This document shows positions 12,826 through 26,839 of a stretch of 64,000 nt of DNA, piece by piece. The DNA is taken from NCBI RefSeq assembly GCF_009914755.1, contig NC_060948.1. One strand, written 5' to 3'. The position numbers and the translations under genes were made by a program. The DNA comes from the human T2T-CHM13v2.0 reference genome, Homo sapiens. The first letter of the stretch is position 1, and every line of letters begins with the position of its first letter. The notes under the pieces were generated by a model. It saw only the letters and a program-made list of their open reading frames with translations, ran no database searches and was not told where the DNA came from.

Positions 12826-15800
12826 CTTTATTTCGACTGTGTCTCACGTTGTCACCAGAGTGAAGTTTAGTGGCACTATCTTAGCTCACCTTTTATTTCA
12901 TTCACCATTCCATTCTATTCTGTTCTTTTCCACTACGTTCCATTTCAGTCCATTGCACTTCGATCCAGTCCATTCAAATCCACTCAACTCCAGTTCCTTC
13001 CTTTCCGTACCATTCTATTCGATTCCACAACATTCCATTCCATTCCACTCCATTCTTTCCCATTTCATTCCACTCCATTCCAGTCCATTAGACTCCACTC
13101 CATTGCACTAAACTCCATGTAACTCCTTTCCACTCCTTTGCACTCCATTCCATTCACCTCCAATAAATTCCTTTCCATTGTACTCCGTTGCATTCCATTA
13201 GTTTATTTTGACTGGGTCTCACTCTGTCACCCAGACTGGAGTGCAATGGCACAATCTTAGCTCACATTTCATTTCACCGTTCCATTGCATTCCATTCCAT
13301 TCCATTCCATTCAGTTCCATTCCAATCCATTCTTTTCCATTCCACTCCACTCCATTCCATTCTACTCCATTCCAATCCACTCCACTCCAATCCAATCCAC
13401 TCCACTCCATTCCATGCCAACCCTTTCTAATGCACTCCAGTCCAATCCACTCAACTCCAATCAACTCCACTCCACTCCCCTCTGTTCCATTTTGTTCCTT
13501 CCTGTTGCTTTCGGATCTGTTCCATTCCACTCCATTCCTTTCCAGTCCACTCCATTCCACTCCACTACATTTCTCTCTATTCCACAACATTCCACTCCAC
13601 TTTACTCCACTCCACTCCACTCTGCTCCATTCCATTCCATTCCATTCCGTTCCATTCCGTTCCGTTCCGTTCCGTTCCATTCCATTCCATTCCATTCCTT
13701 TCCACTCCGTTCCACTATATTCTACTCAATTTCACATCATTCCTCTCCGCTCTATTCCACTCAACTCCCTTCCACTCCCCTCCACTCGATTCCAGTCCAT
13801 TCTCTTCCATTTCACTGCCTTCCATTTCATTCCATTCCACTCCATTCTTCTCCAGTCCATTCCCCTGCACTCCATTCCACCCCACTAAACTCCATGCTAA
13901 CCTTTTCCATTCCACTGCACTCCATTCTATTCGATTTTACTCCATTCCTTGCCATTCTTTGTTTCGACTGGAACTCACTGTCTCACCCAGACTCTAAGTG
14001 CAGTGGCACATTGTTAGCTCACATTTGATTTCACCTTTCGATTCCATTCCACTCCATTCCATTCCATTCCATTCCATTCCATTCCATTCCATTCCATTCC
14101 ATTCCATTCCTTTCCATTGCATTGCATTCCTTTCCATTGCATTCCATTCCACTCAACTCCACTCCACTTCACTCAACTCCACTCCAATTCACTTTACTCC
14201 ACTCCGTTCTCATGCATTCCATTGCATGACGTTCCATTCCATACCATTCCATTCCATTCCATTACTTTCCATTCCATCGCATTGCATTCCATTCCACTCC
14301 ATTCAATTCCATTCCATTCCATGCTATTCCATTCCACTGCACTTTGATCCACTCCACTCAACTCCCCCAAACGACATTCCACTCCTTTCCATTCCATTCC
14401 ATTCCATTCCATTGCATTCCATTCCAGTCCAATTCCATTCCATTCCATGCCATTACATTCCACTGCACTCCGAACCACTCCACACACCTCCCCCACACGA
14501 CATTCCACTACTTTCCCTTCCGTTTCGTTCCATTCCATTCCATTCCATTCCATTCCATTCCACTCCACTCCATTCCACTCCACTCCACTCCAGTCCACTC
14601 TACTCCCCTCCATTCCATTCCATTCTATTCCACTGCACTCCAATCCTCTCCACCCATCTCAACTCCATTCCGCTCCACTCCGTTCCATTGCGTTCCATAC
14701 TGTTCAGTTCTATTTCATTCCACTCCATTCCATTCCTCTCCAATCAATTCCTCTCCACTGTATTTCACTCCGTGGCATTAAATTCTACTACACTCCTCTT
14801 CCCTCCACTCAACTCCATTCCACTCCACTCCATTATGTTCCATTCCGTTCTGTTCCATTCCATTAAATTCCACTCCATTACATTCCACTCCACTCCATTC
14901 CACTCCACTCCATTTCACTTCATTAAACTTCATTCCTCTCCCCTCATCTGCATTCCATTCCACTCCTCTCCTTTCAATTCCACTCCATTCCATTCCATTC
15001 CTTTCCACTCCATTACACTCCACACCACTCCATTCCAATCCATTCCATTCCACTTCATTCCATTCAGTTTTACTCTATTCCTTTCCATTCCTTTATTTCG
15101 ACTGGAACTCACTCTCTCACCCAGACTGGAGAGCAGTGGTACATTCTTAGCTCACATTTCATTTCACCCTTCCATTCCATTCCATTCCATTCCATTCCAT
15201 TCCATTCCATTCCATTCCAATCTACTCCACTGCACTCAACTCCAGTCCACCTCACTCCACTCCACTCCACTCCACTCCACTCCACTCCAATACACTCCAT
15301 TCCTTTCCTTTCCATTCCATTCCATTCCACTGCACTCTGATCCACTCCACTCAACTCCACACCACTCCACTCCATTTCGTTCTGTTCCATTCCGTTCTGT
15401 TCCATTCCTTTTCCTAAACTCCATTGCTTTCCACTCCACTCCATTCCACTCCACACAATTTCACACCATTCAACTCAACTCCACTCGACTCCACGCCACT
15501 CCACTCCGCTCCACTCAAATTCACTCCATTCCATTCAACTTCATTCCATTCCATTCCACTCCTTTCCATTACATTATATTCCACCCCATTCCACTCCACT
15601 CCATTGCATTCCAATCCACTCCACTCCACTCCATTCCATTATACTCCACTCCATTCCATTCCATTCCACTTCGTTCCTCTTTATTCCACTCCACTCTATA
15701 CCACTCCACTCCATTCGTCTCCACTGCACTCCTTTTCGCCCCACTCCACTACATTCCACTCCCTTCCAATCCACTCCACTCCATGCCAGTCCATTCTAAA

Positions 15801-18800
15801 CCATTCCATTCCATTCCTTTATTTCAACAGGATCTCACTCCGTCACCCATACTGGAGAGCAGTAGCACAATGTTACCTCACATTTTTTTTCACCATTCCA
15901 TTCCATTCCACTCCATTCCATTCCTTTACATTCTATTCTACTCCACTCCACTCCACTCCATTTCGTTCAATTCCGTTCCATTCCATTTCGTTCCATTCCA
16001 TTCCAGTGTCTTCTGATCCACTACACTCAACTCCAGTACACTCCACTCCACTCCACTCTGTTCCATTCTGTTCTGTTCCTATACCTTCCCTTCCTTTCCT
16101 CTCCTTTCCATTCCAGTCCAATCCATTCCAATACACTCCACTTTATTCCACTCCACTCCACTCCTCTCCACTCCACTAAATTCCATTCCGCTCCATTTCA
16201 TTCCATTCCACTCCATTCCGTTCCATTCCACTCCATTTCACTCCTCACCATCTCCCTCCACTCCTTGCCAATTTACTCCTCTTCACTCCACTCCACTTTA
16301 TTCCTTTCCATTCTGCTCCTTTACATTCCATTACCCTCTATTCCAGTCCATTCCACTCCACTCCATTCCACTCCACTGTATTCCACTCCACTGCACTCCA
16401 TTTCACTCCACTCCGTTCCACTCCACTGCATCCTACTGCAGGCCCTTCCATTCCACTCCACTCCATCCCATTGCTTTCTACTTGATTCCTTTCCATTCCT
16501 TTATTTCGACTGGATCTCACTCTTTCACCCAGACTGGAGTGCTGTGGCACTATCTTAGCTAACATTTCATTTTACCATTCCATTCCATTCCATTCCATTT
16601 CATTCTATTTCATTCCATTCCATTCCATTAGACTCCACTGCACTCCCCTCCACTCTACTCCACTCCTCTCAATTCCACTCCACTCCATTCCATTCCATGC
16701 CATTCCAGTCCATTCCACTGAATTCCTATCCTCTCCCGTCAACTCCACTCCACTGCACACCACTATGTACCATTCCGTTCCATTTCATTCCGTCCCATTC
16801 CATTCCACTCCGTTCCATTCCATTCCATTCCACGCCATTCATTTCTGCTCCATTCCACTCCACTCCATTCCATTCCACTCCATTCCCTTCCATTCCACTC
16901 TACTCCTTTCCATTCCATTCCATTTCACACCACTACATTCCATTCCATTCCTCTCCATTCCTTTACATTCCACCACATTCCATTCCTTTCCATTCCACAC
17001 CAATCAACCCCAATCCACCCCAATCCACTTCACTCAACTCCACTCTGTTCCACTCCACTCCACCCCTCCACTTTCCATTCCATTGCTTTTTATTCCATTC
17101 CATTCCATTCCATTCCATTCCATTCCATTCCATTCCATTCCATTCCACTCCAATCCAATCCATTCCATTCCACACCACTCCACTCCACTCCATTCCATTC
17201 CACACCACTCCAATCCACTTCACTCCGTTCCTTTCCATTCCATTCCGTTCCATTCCATTCCATTCCATTCCGTACCGTTCCGTTCTGTTCCATTCCGTTC
17301 CATTCCGTTCCATTCCATTCCATTCCATTCCATTCCTTTCCATTCCACTCCATTCCAATGCACTCCATTCCACTCCATTCCATTCCACTCAAATCCACTC
17401 CTCTCCTCTCCACTCCGTTCCATTGTGTTCCATTCCATTCTATTCGATTCACTGCATTTCATTCCACTCCACTGCATTCAACTCCACATGAATGCGCTAC
17501 ACTCCCCCTCACATCACTCAATTTCATTTACTTCACTCCATTTCACTATATTCCATAGTATCCTTTACACTGCAATTCGATCTGATCCACTCCACTCCAC
17601 TCAACGCCTCTCCACTCCTCTCCACTCTAGTCCGTTTAACTCCACTCCATTCCATTTCATGCCATTCCATTCCCTTGCATTCCACTGCACTCCATCCACT
17701 CCACTCAATTCCACTCCACTTCACTCCATTCCACTCCACTCCTTTCTATTCCATTCCTTTCCGTTCTGTACCATTAAATTCCATTCCGTTCTATTCCATT
17801 CCATTTCACTCCATTCCATTCCACTCCACTCCATTCCTCTCCACTCCACTCCATTCTATTCTGTTCCATTCCACTCCATTACATTCAACTCCACTCCATT
17901 CCACTCCACTCCATTTCACTACTTTCCACTCTATTCCACTCCTCTCCACTACTGTCTGCAGCACTACATTCTTTCCACTTCATTCCATTCCATTCCTTTC
18001 CATTCCACTCCACACCACTCCACTCCACTTTGCTCCACTCCATTCCATTCCACTCCAGTCCATTCCTTCCAAACCATTCCATTCCACCCCACTCCACTCC
18101 ATTCCACTCCACTCCATTCCGTTCCACCGCACTCCACTCGACTCCACTCTATTCAATTCTATTCCATTCCATTCCACAGCCCTCCCTTCCATTCCACTCC
18201 ACTCCACTAAACTCCACTTCACTCCACTCCACTCTGCTCCACTCCACTCCACTGCATTCCTTTCCATTCCACTCCAATCCATTCCTTTGCATTCCTTTCC
18301 ATTCCATTGCTGTGCCTTCTGATCCACTCCACTAAACACCACTCTACTCAAGTCCATATCAATTTGTGCCGTTCCATTCCATTCCATTCCTTTCCATCCC
18401 ATTCCATTCTGTTCTATTCCATTCCATTCTACTCCATGCCATTCCATTCCACTCATTTCTACTCTACCTCACTCAACTCCACTGAACTGCACTACAATCC
18501 AGTACATAACACTCTACTCCGTTCCATTCAACTACACTCCATTCCATTCCTTTCCATTCCACACCAATACACTCCATTTCATAAAACCTTACTCCACTCC
18601 ATTCAATTCCATACCTTTTTGTTCCATTCCTTTCCACTCAATTCCATTCCACTCAACTCCATTCCGCTCTACTACACTCCATTCCAATCCTCTCCATCCC
18701 ATTCCATTCCATTCCATTCCATTCCGTTCCGTTCCATTCCATTCCATTCCAATCCATTCCATTCCATTGCATTCCACTGCACTCTGATCCAGTACATTCA

Positions 18801-20957
18801 TGTCCACTCCACTCCAGTCAATTCCATTCTCCTCTGTTCCATTCTTTTCCATTTCATTCCATTCTACTCCATTCCATTCCACTACACTGCATTTCACTAC
18901 ATTCCTCTCCATTCCACTACACTCCACTGCACTCTACTGCATTCCTTTGCACTCTATTTCATTCCATTCCACACCATTCCTTTTGATTGCATTCCACTCC
19001 ACTCCATTCCATTCTGTTCCACTTCATTCCATTTTATTCCACTCCACTCCTTTCAACTCCATTCCACTCCAATCCATTCCAATCTACTCCATTTCACTCC
19101 ACTATTCTCTGTTCCAATCAATTCCTTTCAATTCCACCCCATTCAATTCTATTCTATTCTTATCCATTCCACTCCTTTCCACTCCACTCAGTTCCACTCC
19201 ACTTTTCCTCTGCACTCCATTCCATTACACTACGTTCCTCTCCATTTAATTCCACCCCGGTCCATTCCTTTCCATTTTGTGGCATTCCATTCCATTCCTT
19301 TATTTCAACAGGATCTCACCTTTCACCGAGACTGCAGTGCAGTGGCAGAATCTTATCCCTCATTGCATTTCACCCTTCCATTCCATTCCATTCCACTGCT
19401 CTCCGATCCACTACACTCAACTCCACTCTACTCCACTCCACTCGGTTCCATTCCAATCCGTGCCATGCCCTTCTGTTCTGTTCCATTCCACTCCATTCTA
19501 TTCCACTCTACTCTATTCTACTGCAGTACATGTTACTCCATGCCACTCCATTACACTCCCCTCCACTACACTTCACTCCACTCCATTCCATTTCACTCCA
19601 TTCCACTACAATCCTTTATTTCGACTGAATCTCACTCTGACATGTAGACTGGATTGCATTGGCACAATCTTAGCACACATTTCGTTTCAGCATTCCATTC
19701 CATTCCACTCCACTCCATTCCATTCCATTCCACTCTATTCCATTCCATTCCTTTCCACTGCACTCTGATCTACTGCATTCTACTTCATTCCACTCTACTC
19801 CATTCCACCCCACTCCACTCCATTCCATTCAGGTCCATTCCTTTCGGCTCTCTTCCATTCCACTCCATTTCATTCCACTCCTCCCCATTCCACTCTTCTC
19901 CATTCTGCTCCATTCCACTGCACTTCACTTCACTCCACTCCACTCCACTCCATTCCATTCCATTCCACTCCATTCAACTCCGTTGCTCTCTACTGCACTC
20001 CACTCCATTGCACTATACTCTACTCCATTGCATTTCACTCCACTGTTCTCCATTCCACTTCATTCCTTTCCATTCCTCTCCATTCCATTCTATTCCGCTC
20101 CATTCCACTCCAATTCATTCCACTCCATTCCATTCCACCCCATTCCACTCCATTCCATTCTATTCCACTCCATTACATTGCATTCTATTCTACTACATTC
20201 CATTCCACTGCATTATTTCAACTGGATCTCACTCTGTTACTTAGACTTGAGTGCAGTCACACAATCTAATCTCACATTTCATTTCTACATTCCATTCTAT
20301 TGCATTCCATTCTGTTCCGTTCCTTTCCATTCCACTCCATTCCATTCAACTGCACTCCATTTCATGCCATTCTGTTCCATTCCACTTCACTGCACTCTAC
20401 TCCACTCCATTCAATTCTACTCCATTACATTCCAATCCTTTATTTCTACTCAATCTCACTCTGTCACAAAGACTGGAGTGCAGTTGCACAATCTTAGCTC
20501 ACATTTCATTTCACCATTTCATTCCATTGGATTCCATTGGATTCCATTCCATTCCATTCCATTCCATTCAATTCCTTTCCATTCTACTGCACTCCGATCT
20601 GCTCCACTCAACTCCACTCCACTCCACTCTGTTCGGTGCCATTCCATTCCATTCCATTCCATTGCATTCCATTCCATTGCATTCCATTCCATTCCATTGC
20701 ATTCCATTCCATTCCATTCCATTTCATTCCATTCCATTCCGCTCCACTCAATTCCACTCCACTCCATTGCACTCCACTCCACTCCACTGCATTCTACTCC
20801 ACTCCACTCCACTCCATTCCACTCCACTCAATTCCACTCCACTCCATTCCATTACCTTCTTCTCTATGCTTTTCCATTCCTTTAATTCGTCCGGATCTTA
20901 CTCTGTGATCCCGACTGGAGTGCAGTGGCACAATCTTAGCTCCCATTTCCTTTCACC
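12826..20957 (-). mobile_element. Domain A2: 11 Alu 3'-end cassettes, variant A
   Basis: Starts at about 12826, 13201, 13957, 15091, 15817, 16499, 19298, 19614, 20211, 20438 and 20880. TTTATT/GACTG/CAGACT/CTTAG diagnostics. Confidence 0.83.
13201..13278 (-). mobile_element. Well-preserved variant-A Alu fragment (3' end of right arm)
   Basis: GACTGGGTCTCACTCTGTCACCCAGACTGGAGTGCAATGGCACAATCTTAGCTCAC, preceded by TTTATTTT (tail remnant). Confidence 0.85.
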
Positions 20958-21500
20958 AATCATTTCCATTCCATTCCATTCCATTCCATTCCATTCCATT
21001 CCATTCCATTCCCCTCTACTCCACTACAATCCACGATGCTACACTCCACTCCATTGCACTCCATTCTATCCCGTTCCGTTCCATTCCATTCCATTCTTTT
21101 CCATTCCATTCCATTCCATTCCATTCCATTCCATTCCATTCCATTCCATACCATTCCATTCCATTCCATTCCACTGCACTCCCATCCACTCCACTCAACT
21201 CCACTCCACTTTACTCTGCTCCACCGCCTACCATACGGTTACATTCTGTTGCGTTCCATTCCATTCCATTCTATTCCACTCCACTCCATTCCGCTCCTCT
21301 CCATTGCACTTCATTCCACTCCACTCCACTGTGCTCCACTCCATTTCGTTCCACTCATTCCATTCAACTCCATTTCACTCCATTCCATTCCACTCCACTC
21401 CATTCCACTCCACTCCACTCCACACCACTTTAATCCATTCTTATCACTTACTCTCCATTCCATGACATTCTATTCCACTCTACTCCATTCCATTGCATTC

Positions 21501-24500
21501 CTTTATTTCGACATCATCTCACTCTTTTTCACAGGCTAGAGTGCAGTGACCAAATCTCACCTCACATTTCATTTCACCATTCCATTCTATTCCATTCCAT
21601 TCCATTCCATTCCACTCAACAGCTTTGCACACCCCTCCACTCCACTCTATTCCATTTCATTGCATTCCATTCCATCCCATTCCATTCCACTCTATTCCAT
21701 TCCACTCCACTCCATTCCACACCACTTCTCTCCATTCCTTTCTATTCCATTCCATTCCCTAACCTTTCATTCCACTCCATTCCACTCCACTTTGTTCCAC
21801 TCCATTCCAGTTAATTCTATTCCTTCTTTTGACGGGATCACACTCTGCCATACAGGCTGAAGTGCAGTGGCACAATCTCATCTAACATTTCATTTCACCA
21901 TTCCATTGGATTCCAGTCCATTCCACTTCATTCCACTCCAACCCACTCAAGTCCACTTCACTCCATTCTATTCCATTCCAATGTGCTCCACTACACTCAT
22001 CTACTCTCCATTCCATCCAACTCCATTCCACTGCATTCCATTCCACTCCACTCCACTCCATTCCTTTCCTTTCCTTTATGTCACATTCCACTCCACTACA
22101 ATCTGCTCTATTCCATTCCATTCCATTCCATTCCATTCCATTCCATTCCATTCCATTCCATTCTATTCCATTCAAGTACCCTCCATTACCTTAGATTTCT
22201 TTCTTTCGACAGGATCTCATTCTTGCACCCAGGCTGGAATGCAGTGGAACAATCTCAGCTCACATTTCATTAAACCATTGCATTGCATTCTATTCCATTC
22301 CATTTCATTCAATTCCATTACATTCCATTCCATTTTCTTCCGTTCCGTTCTGTTCCACTCCACACCACTACACTCAATTCCACTCCACTCCACTCAATTC
22401 CACTCCACTCCACCCCAGTCCACTCCATTCCACTACACTCCACTCCATTCCATGCCATCCCATTCCATTCCTCTCCAATCCACACCACTCCACTCCAGTC
22501 CACTCCATTCTATTCCATTTCATCCAATTCCACTCTACTCCATTCCATTCCATTCCATTCCATTCCATTCCATTCCATTCCATTCCATTCTATTCCATTC
22601 CATTAAACTTCATTCCATTTCTTTCCCTAGTTGCTACAGAATCTCACTATGTGACACAGGCTGGAGTGTAATAGCAAAATCTCATCTCTCATAGCATTTC
22701 ACCATACCATTCCTCACCATTCCACTTCACTTCACTTCACTGCACTCTTCACCAATGCACGCCATTCCACTCCATTCCATTCCATTCCTTTGTTTCGACA
22801 GGATCTCACTCTGTTACCGAGGCTGGAGTGCAGTGGCACAATCTCAACTCACATTCCATTCCATTCCATTTCATTCCACTCCATTCAATTCCACTCCAAT
22901 CCACTCCATTCCATTCCATTCCATTCCACTCCACTCCACTACACTTCATTCTGTTCCATTTCACTCCACTCTACTCCCCTCCAATCCACTCCATTCCACT
23001 GCATCCAATTCCACTCCACTCCACTCCAGTCCACCTCATTCCATTCCAGCCCCTTACATTCCATTCCTTTCTTTTGACAGTATCTCACTCTCTCACCCAG
23101 GCTACATTGCAGTGGCACAATCTCCGCCCACATTTCATTACACCATTCTATTCCATTACATTCCATTGCATTCCATTCCATTGCATTCCATTCTATTGTA
23201 TTCCATGGCATTCCATTTCGTTCAATTCCATTCCAGTCCACTCCATTCAACTACAATTAAATCCACTCCATTCCTTTTCATTCCATTCCATTCTATTCCT
23301 TTCCACTCCAGTCCACTCCACTGCACTCCACTCCACTACTCTCCACTCCATTCCAGTCCACTCCATCCCATTCTATGCCACTTCATTCCCTTCCACTCCA
23401 ATCTACTCCACTCCTGTCCACTCCACTCCACTGCATTCCATTCCACTCCATTCCATTCCATTCCTTTCTTTCGACAGGGTCTCTCTCCCTCACCCAGTTT
23501 GCAGTGCAGTGGAACAATATCAACTCGCATTTCATTTCACCTTTCCATTTTATTCCATTCCATTCCATTCCATTCTATTCCATTCCATTCTATTCCATTC
23601 CACTCCACTCCACTCAATTCCACTCCACTCCACTCCTCACCACTCCACTCCATTGCAATCCATCCCAATCCATTCCATGACATTCCATTCCACTCCATTC
23701 CACTGCACTCCATTCAACTTCATTCCACTCCATTCCACTGCATTCGTTTCCACTCCACTCCATTCCATTCCGTTCTACTCCATTCCATTCCATTCCTTTA
23801 CTTCGACATCATCTCTCTCTGTTACACAGGCTGGAATACAGTGGCCCAATCTCAGCTCACATTTCATTTCACCATTCCATTCCATTTCATCCCATTCCAT
23901 TCCATTCCACTCAACAGCACTACACACCCCTCCACTCCATTATATTCCATTCCATTCCATTCCTTCCAATTCGATTCCACTCTATTCGACTCCACTCCAC
24001 TCTGTTCCACACGACTCCTCTCCACTCCATTCCATTCCATTCCATAACATTCTATTCCACTCCATTCCACTCCACGTTATTCCACTCCATTCCAGCCAGT
24101 TCTATTCCTTTTTTCGACAGGATCTCACTCTGTCATACAGGCTGCAGTGCAGTGGCAGAATCTCATCTCACATTTAATTTCACCATTCCATTGCATTCCT
24201 TTCCATTTCACTCCATTCCACTCCACTCCACTCAAGTCTTCTTCGCTCCATTCCATTGCATTCCACCGTGCTCTACTCCATTCCTCTCCTTTCCATTCCA
24301 CCCAGTTCCATTCCACTCCATTCCATTCCACTCCACTGCATTCCGTTCCTTTCCATTAAGTGTTATTCCACTCCACTTCACTCCGCTCCGCTCCACTCCA
24401 TTCCATTCCATTCCATTACACACCACTACATTACATTCCTTTCTTTCGACAGGATATCACTCTTTCATCCAGGCTGGAATTCAGTGTCACACTCTCAGCT

Positions 24501-25790
24501 CACATTTTATTTAATCATGGCATTCCATTTCATTCCATTCCATTTCGTTCCATTCCATTCCATTCCATTACATTTTGTTCCATTCCTTTCTGTTCCACTC
24601 CACTCCTCTACACTCAATTCCACTCCACTCCACTCCAGTCTACTCCAATCCTCTTCACTCCATTCCATTCCTTGCCATCCCATTCCATTCTACTCCATTC
24701 CACACCGCTCCACTCCACTCCACTCCACTTCATTCTACTACATTTCATCCCCTTCCATTCCACTCCATTCCATTCCATTCCATTCCATTCCATTCCATTC
24801 CATTCCATTCCATTCCATTAAACTCCATTGAAATTATTTCCGTAGTTTCTACAGAATCTCACTCTGTGACACAGGGTTGAGTGCAATAACAATATCTCAT
24901 CTCGCATATCATTTCACCATGCCATTTATCACCATTCTGCTCCACTTCACTCCACTGCACTCCACACCAATCTACGCCATTCCACTCCATTCCATTCCAC
25001 TCCATTCCATTCCATTCCTTTGTTTCAACAGGATCTCCACTCCGCTCCACTCCAATCCACTCCATTCCACTGCATCCCATTCCACTCCACTCCACTCCAC
25101 TCCACCACACTCCACTCCACTCCACTCCATTCCATTCCACTCCCTTACATTCCATTATTTTATTTCAACAGGATCTCACTCTCTCACTCAGGCTAGAGTG
25201 CAGTGGCACAATCTCAGCTCATATTTCATTTCACCATTCTATTCCATTCCATTCCATTGCATTCCATTCCATTCCATTCCATTTCATTCAATTCTATTCC
25301 ATTTCATTCAATTCTATTCCACTGCACTCCATTCATCTACAATACATTCCACTCCACTCCATTTCATTACTTTCTATTCTATTCCTTTCCACTCCAGTCC
25401 ACTCCACTGCACTCCACTCGACTCCACTCCACTCCACTACTCTCCACTCCATTCCAATCTACTCCATCCAATTCTATTCCACTTCATTCCCCTGCACTCC
25501 ACTCTACTCCTCTCATGTCCAGTGCACTCCACTGCATTCCATTCCACTCCATTCAATTCCATTCCTTTATTTCAACAGGATCTCACTCCTTCACCCAGTT
25601 TGCAGTGCAGTGGAACAATCTCAACTCACGTTTCATTTCACCTTTCCATTTTATTCCATTCCATTCCATTCCATTCCATTCCATTCCATTCCATTCCATT
25701 CCATTACACTCCACTCCGGTCAATTCCACTCCACTTCACTCCACTCCATTCATTTCCATTCCAATCCATTCCACTCCATTCCCTTCCTTT
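21501..25790 (+). repeat. Tandem duplication of a 7-cassette higher-order unit (~2.3 kb and ~2.0 kb)
   Basis: Cassette pairs with shared private variants: 21501/23796, 21822/24107, 22199/24439, 22626/24841, 22788/25018, 23067/25158, 23464/25565. Confidence 0.85.
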
Positions 25791-26839
25791 CCTTTCTTTC
25801 GACAGGATCTCACTCTGTCACACAGTCTGAAGTGCAGTGGCAAAATCTCGGCTCACATTTCATTTCTCCATTCCATTCCATTCCATTCCATTCTATTCTA
25901 TTCCATTCCATTCCATTCCATTCCACTCCACTCCACTCAGTTCCATTCCATTCCACTCCACTCGACTTCACTCTAATCCTCTCCATTCAATTTCATTCCA
26001 TTCCATTCCACTCCTATCCATTCCATTACTGTCTTTCTACAGGATCTCACTCTGTCACCCAGTCTGGAGAGCAGTGACACTGTCTCAGCTCACATTTCTT
26101 TTCACCATTCCTTTGCATTCCATTCCATTGCATTCCATTACATTCCGTTCCATTCCATTCTACTCCTCTCCTCTCCACTCCATCCCATTCCATACCATTT
26201 TATTCCACTCCACTCCACTCTATAGCATTCCCTGCCATCCCATTCCACACTCTTCCACCCCAGTCTGCACCACTCCACTGCACTCTAATGAATTCCATTC
26301 CATTCCATTCCATTCCATTCCATTCCATTCCATTCCATTCCATACCACTCCATTACTTTCTGTCGAGAAAATGTGACTCTGTCACACTGGCTGGAGTGCA
26401 GTGACGCAATTTCAGCCCATATCCACTCCATTTCATTGCATTCCATTCTATTCCTCTCCATTCCAGTCCTCTCCATTGCACTCCACTGAATTCCACTCCA
26501 ATCCACTGCATTCCATCCCATTGCATTCCACACCAATTTACTCCACATCTCTGTACTCCACTTTACTCCATTCCATTCCACTCCCTACCATTCCATTCCC
26601 CTCCATTCCACTCCACTCCAGTCAACATCTCTCCACTCCATTCCATTCCATTCCATTCCACTCTATTCCATTCCATTCATTTCTTTTGAAATTTTGTCAC
26701 TGTGTCACAGTTTGTGGTGCAGTGGAAGAATCCCAGTTCATATTTTATTTCACTGTAGCCTTCCATTCCATTCCACTCCATTCTTTTCTTTTAAACTCCA
26801 CTCCCATTCAGTCCACTCCACTCCATTCCATTTCACTCC

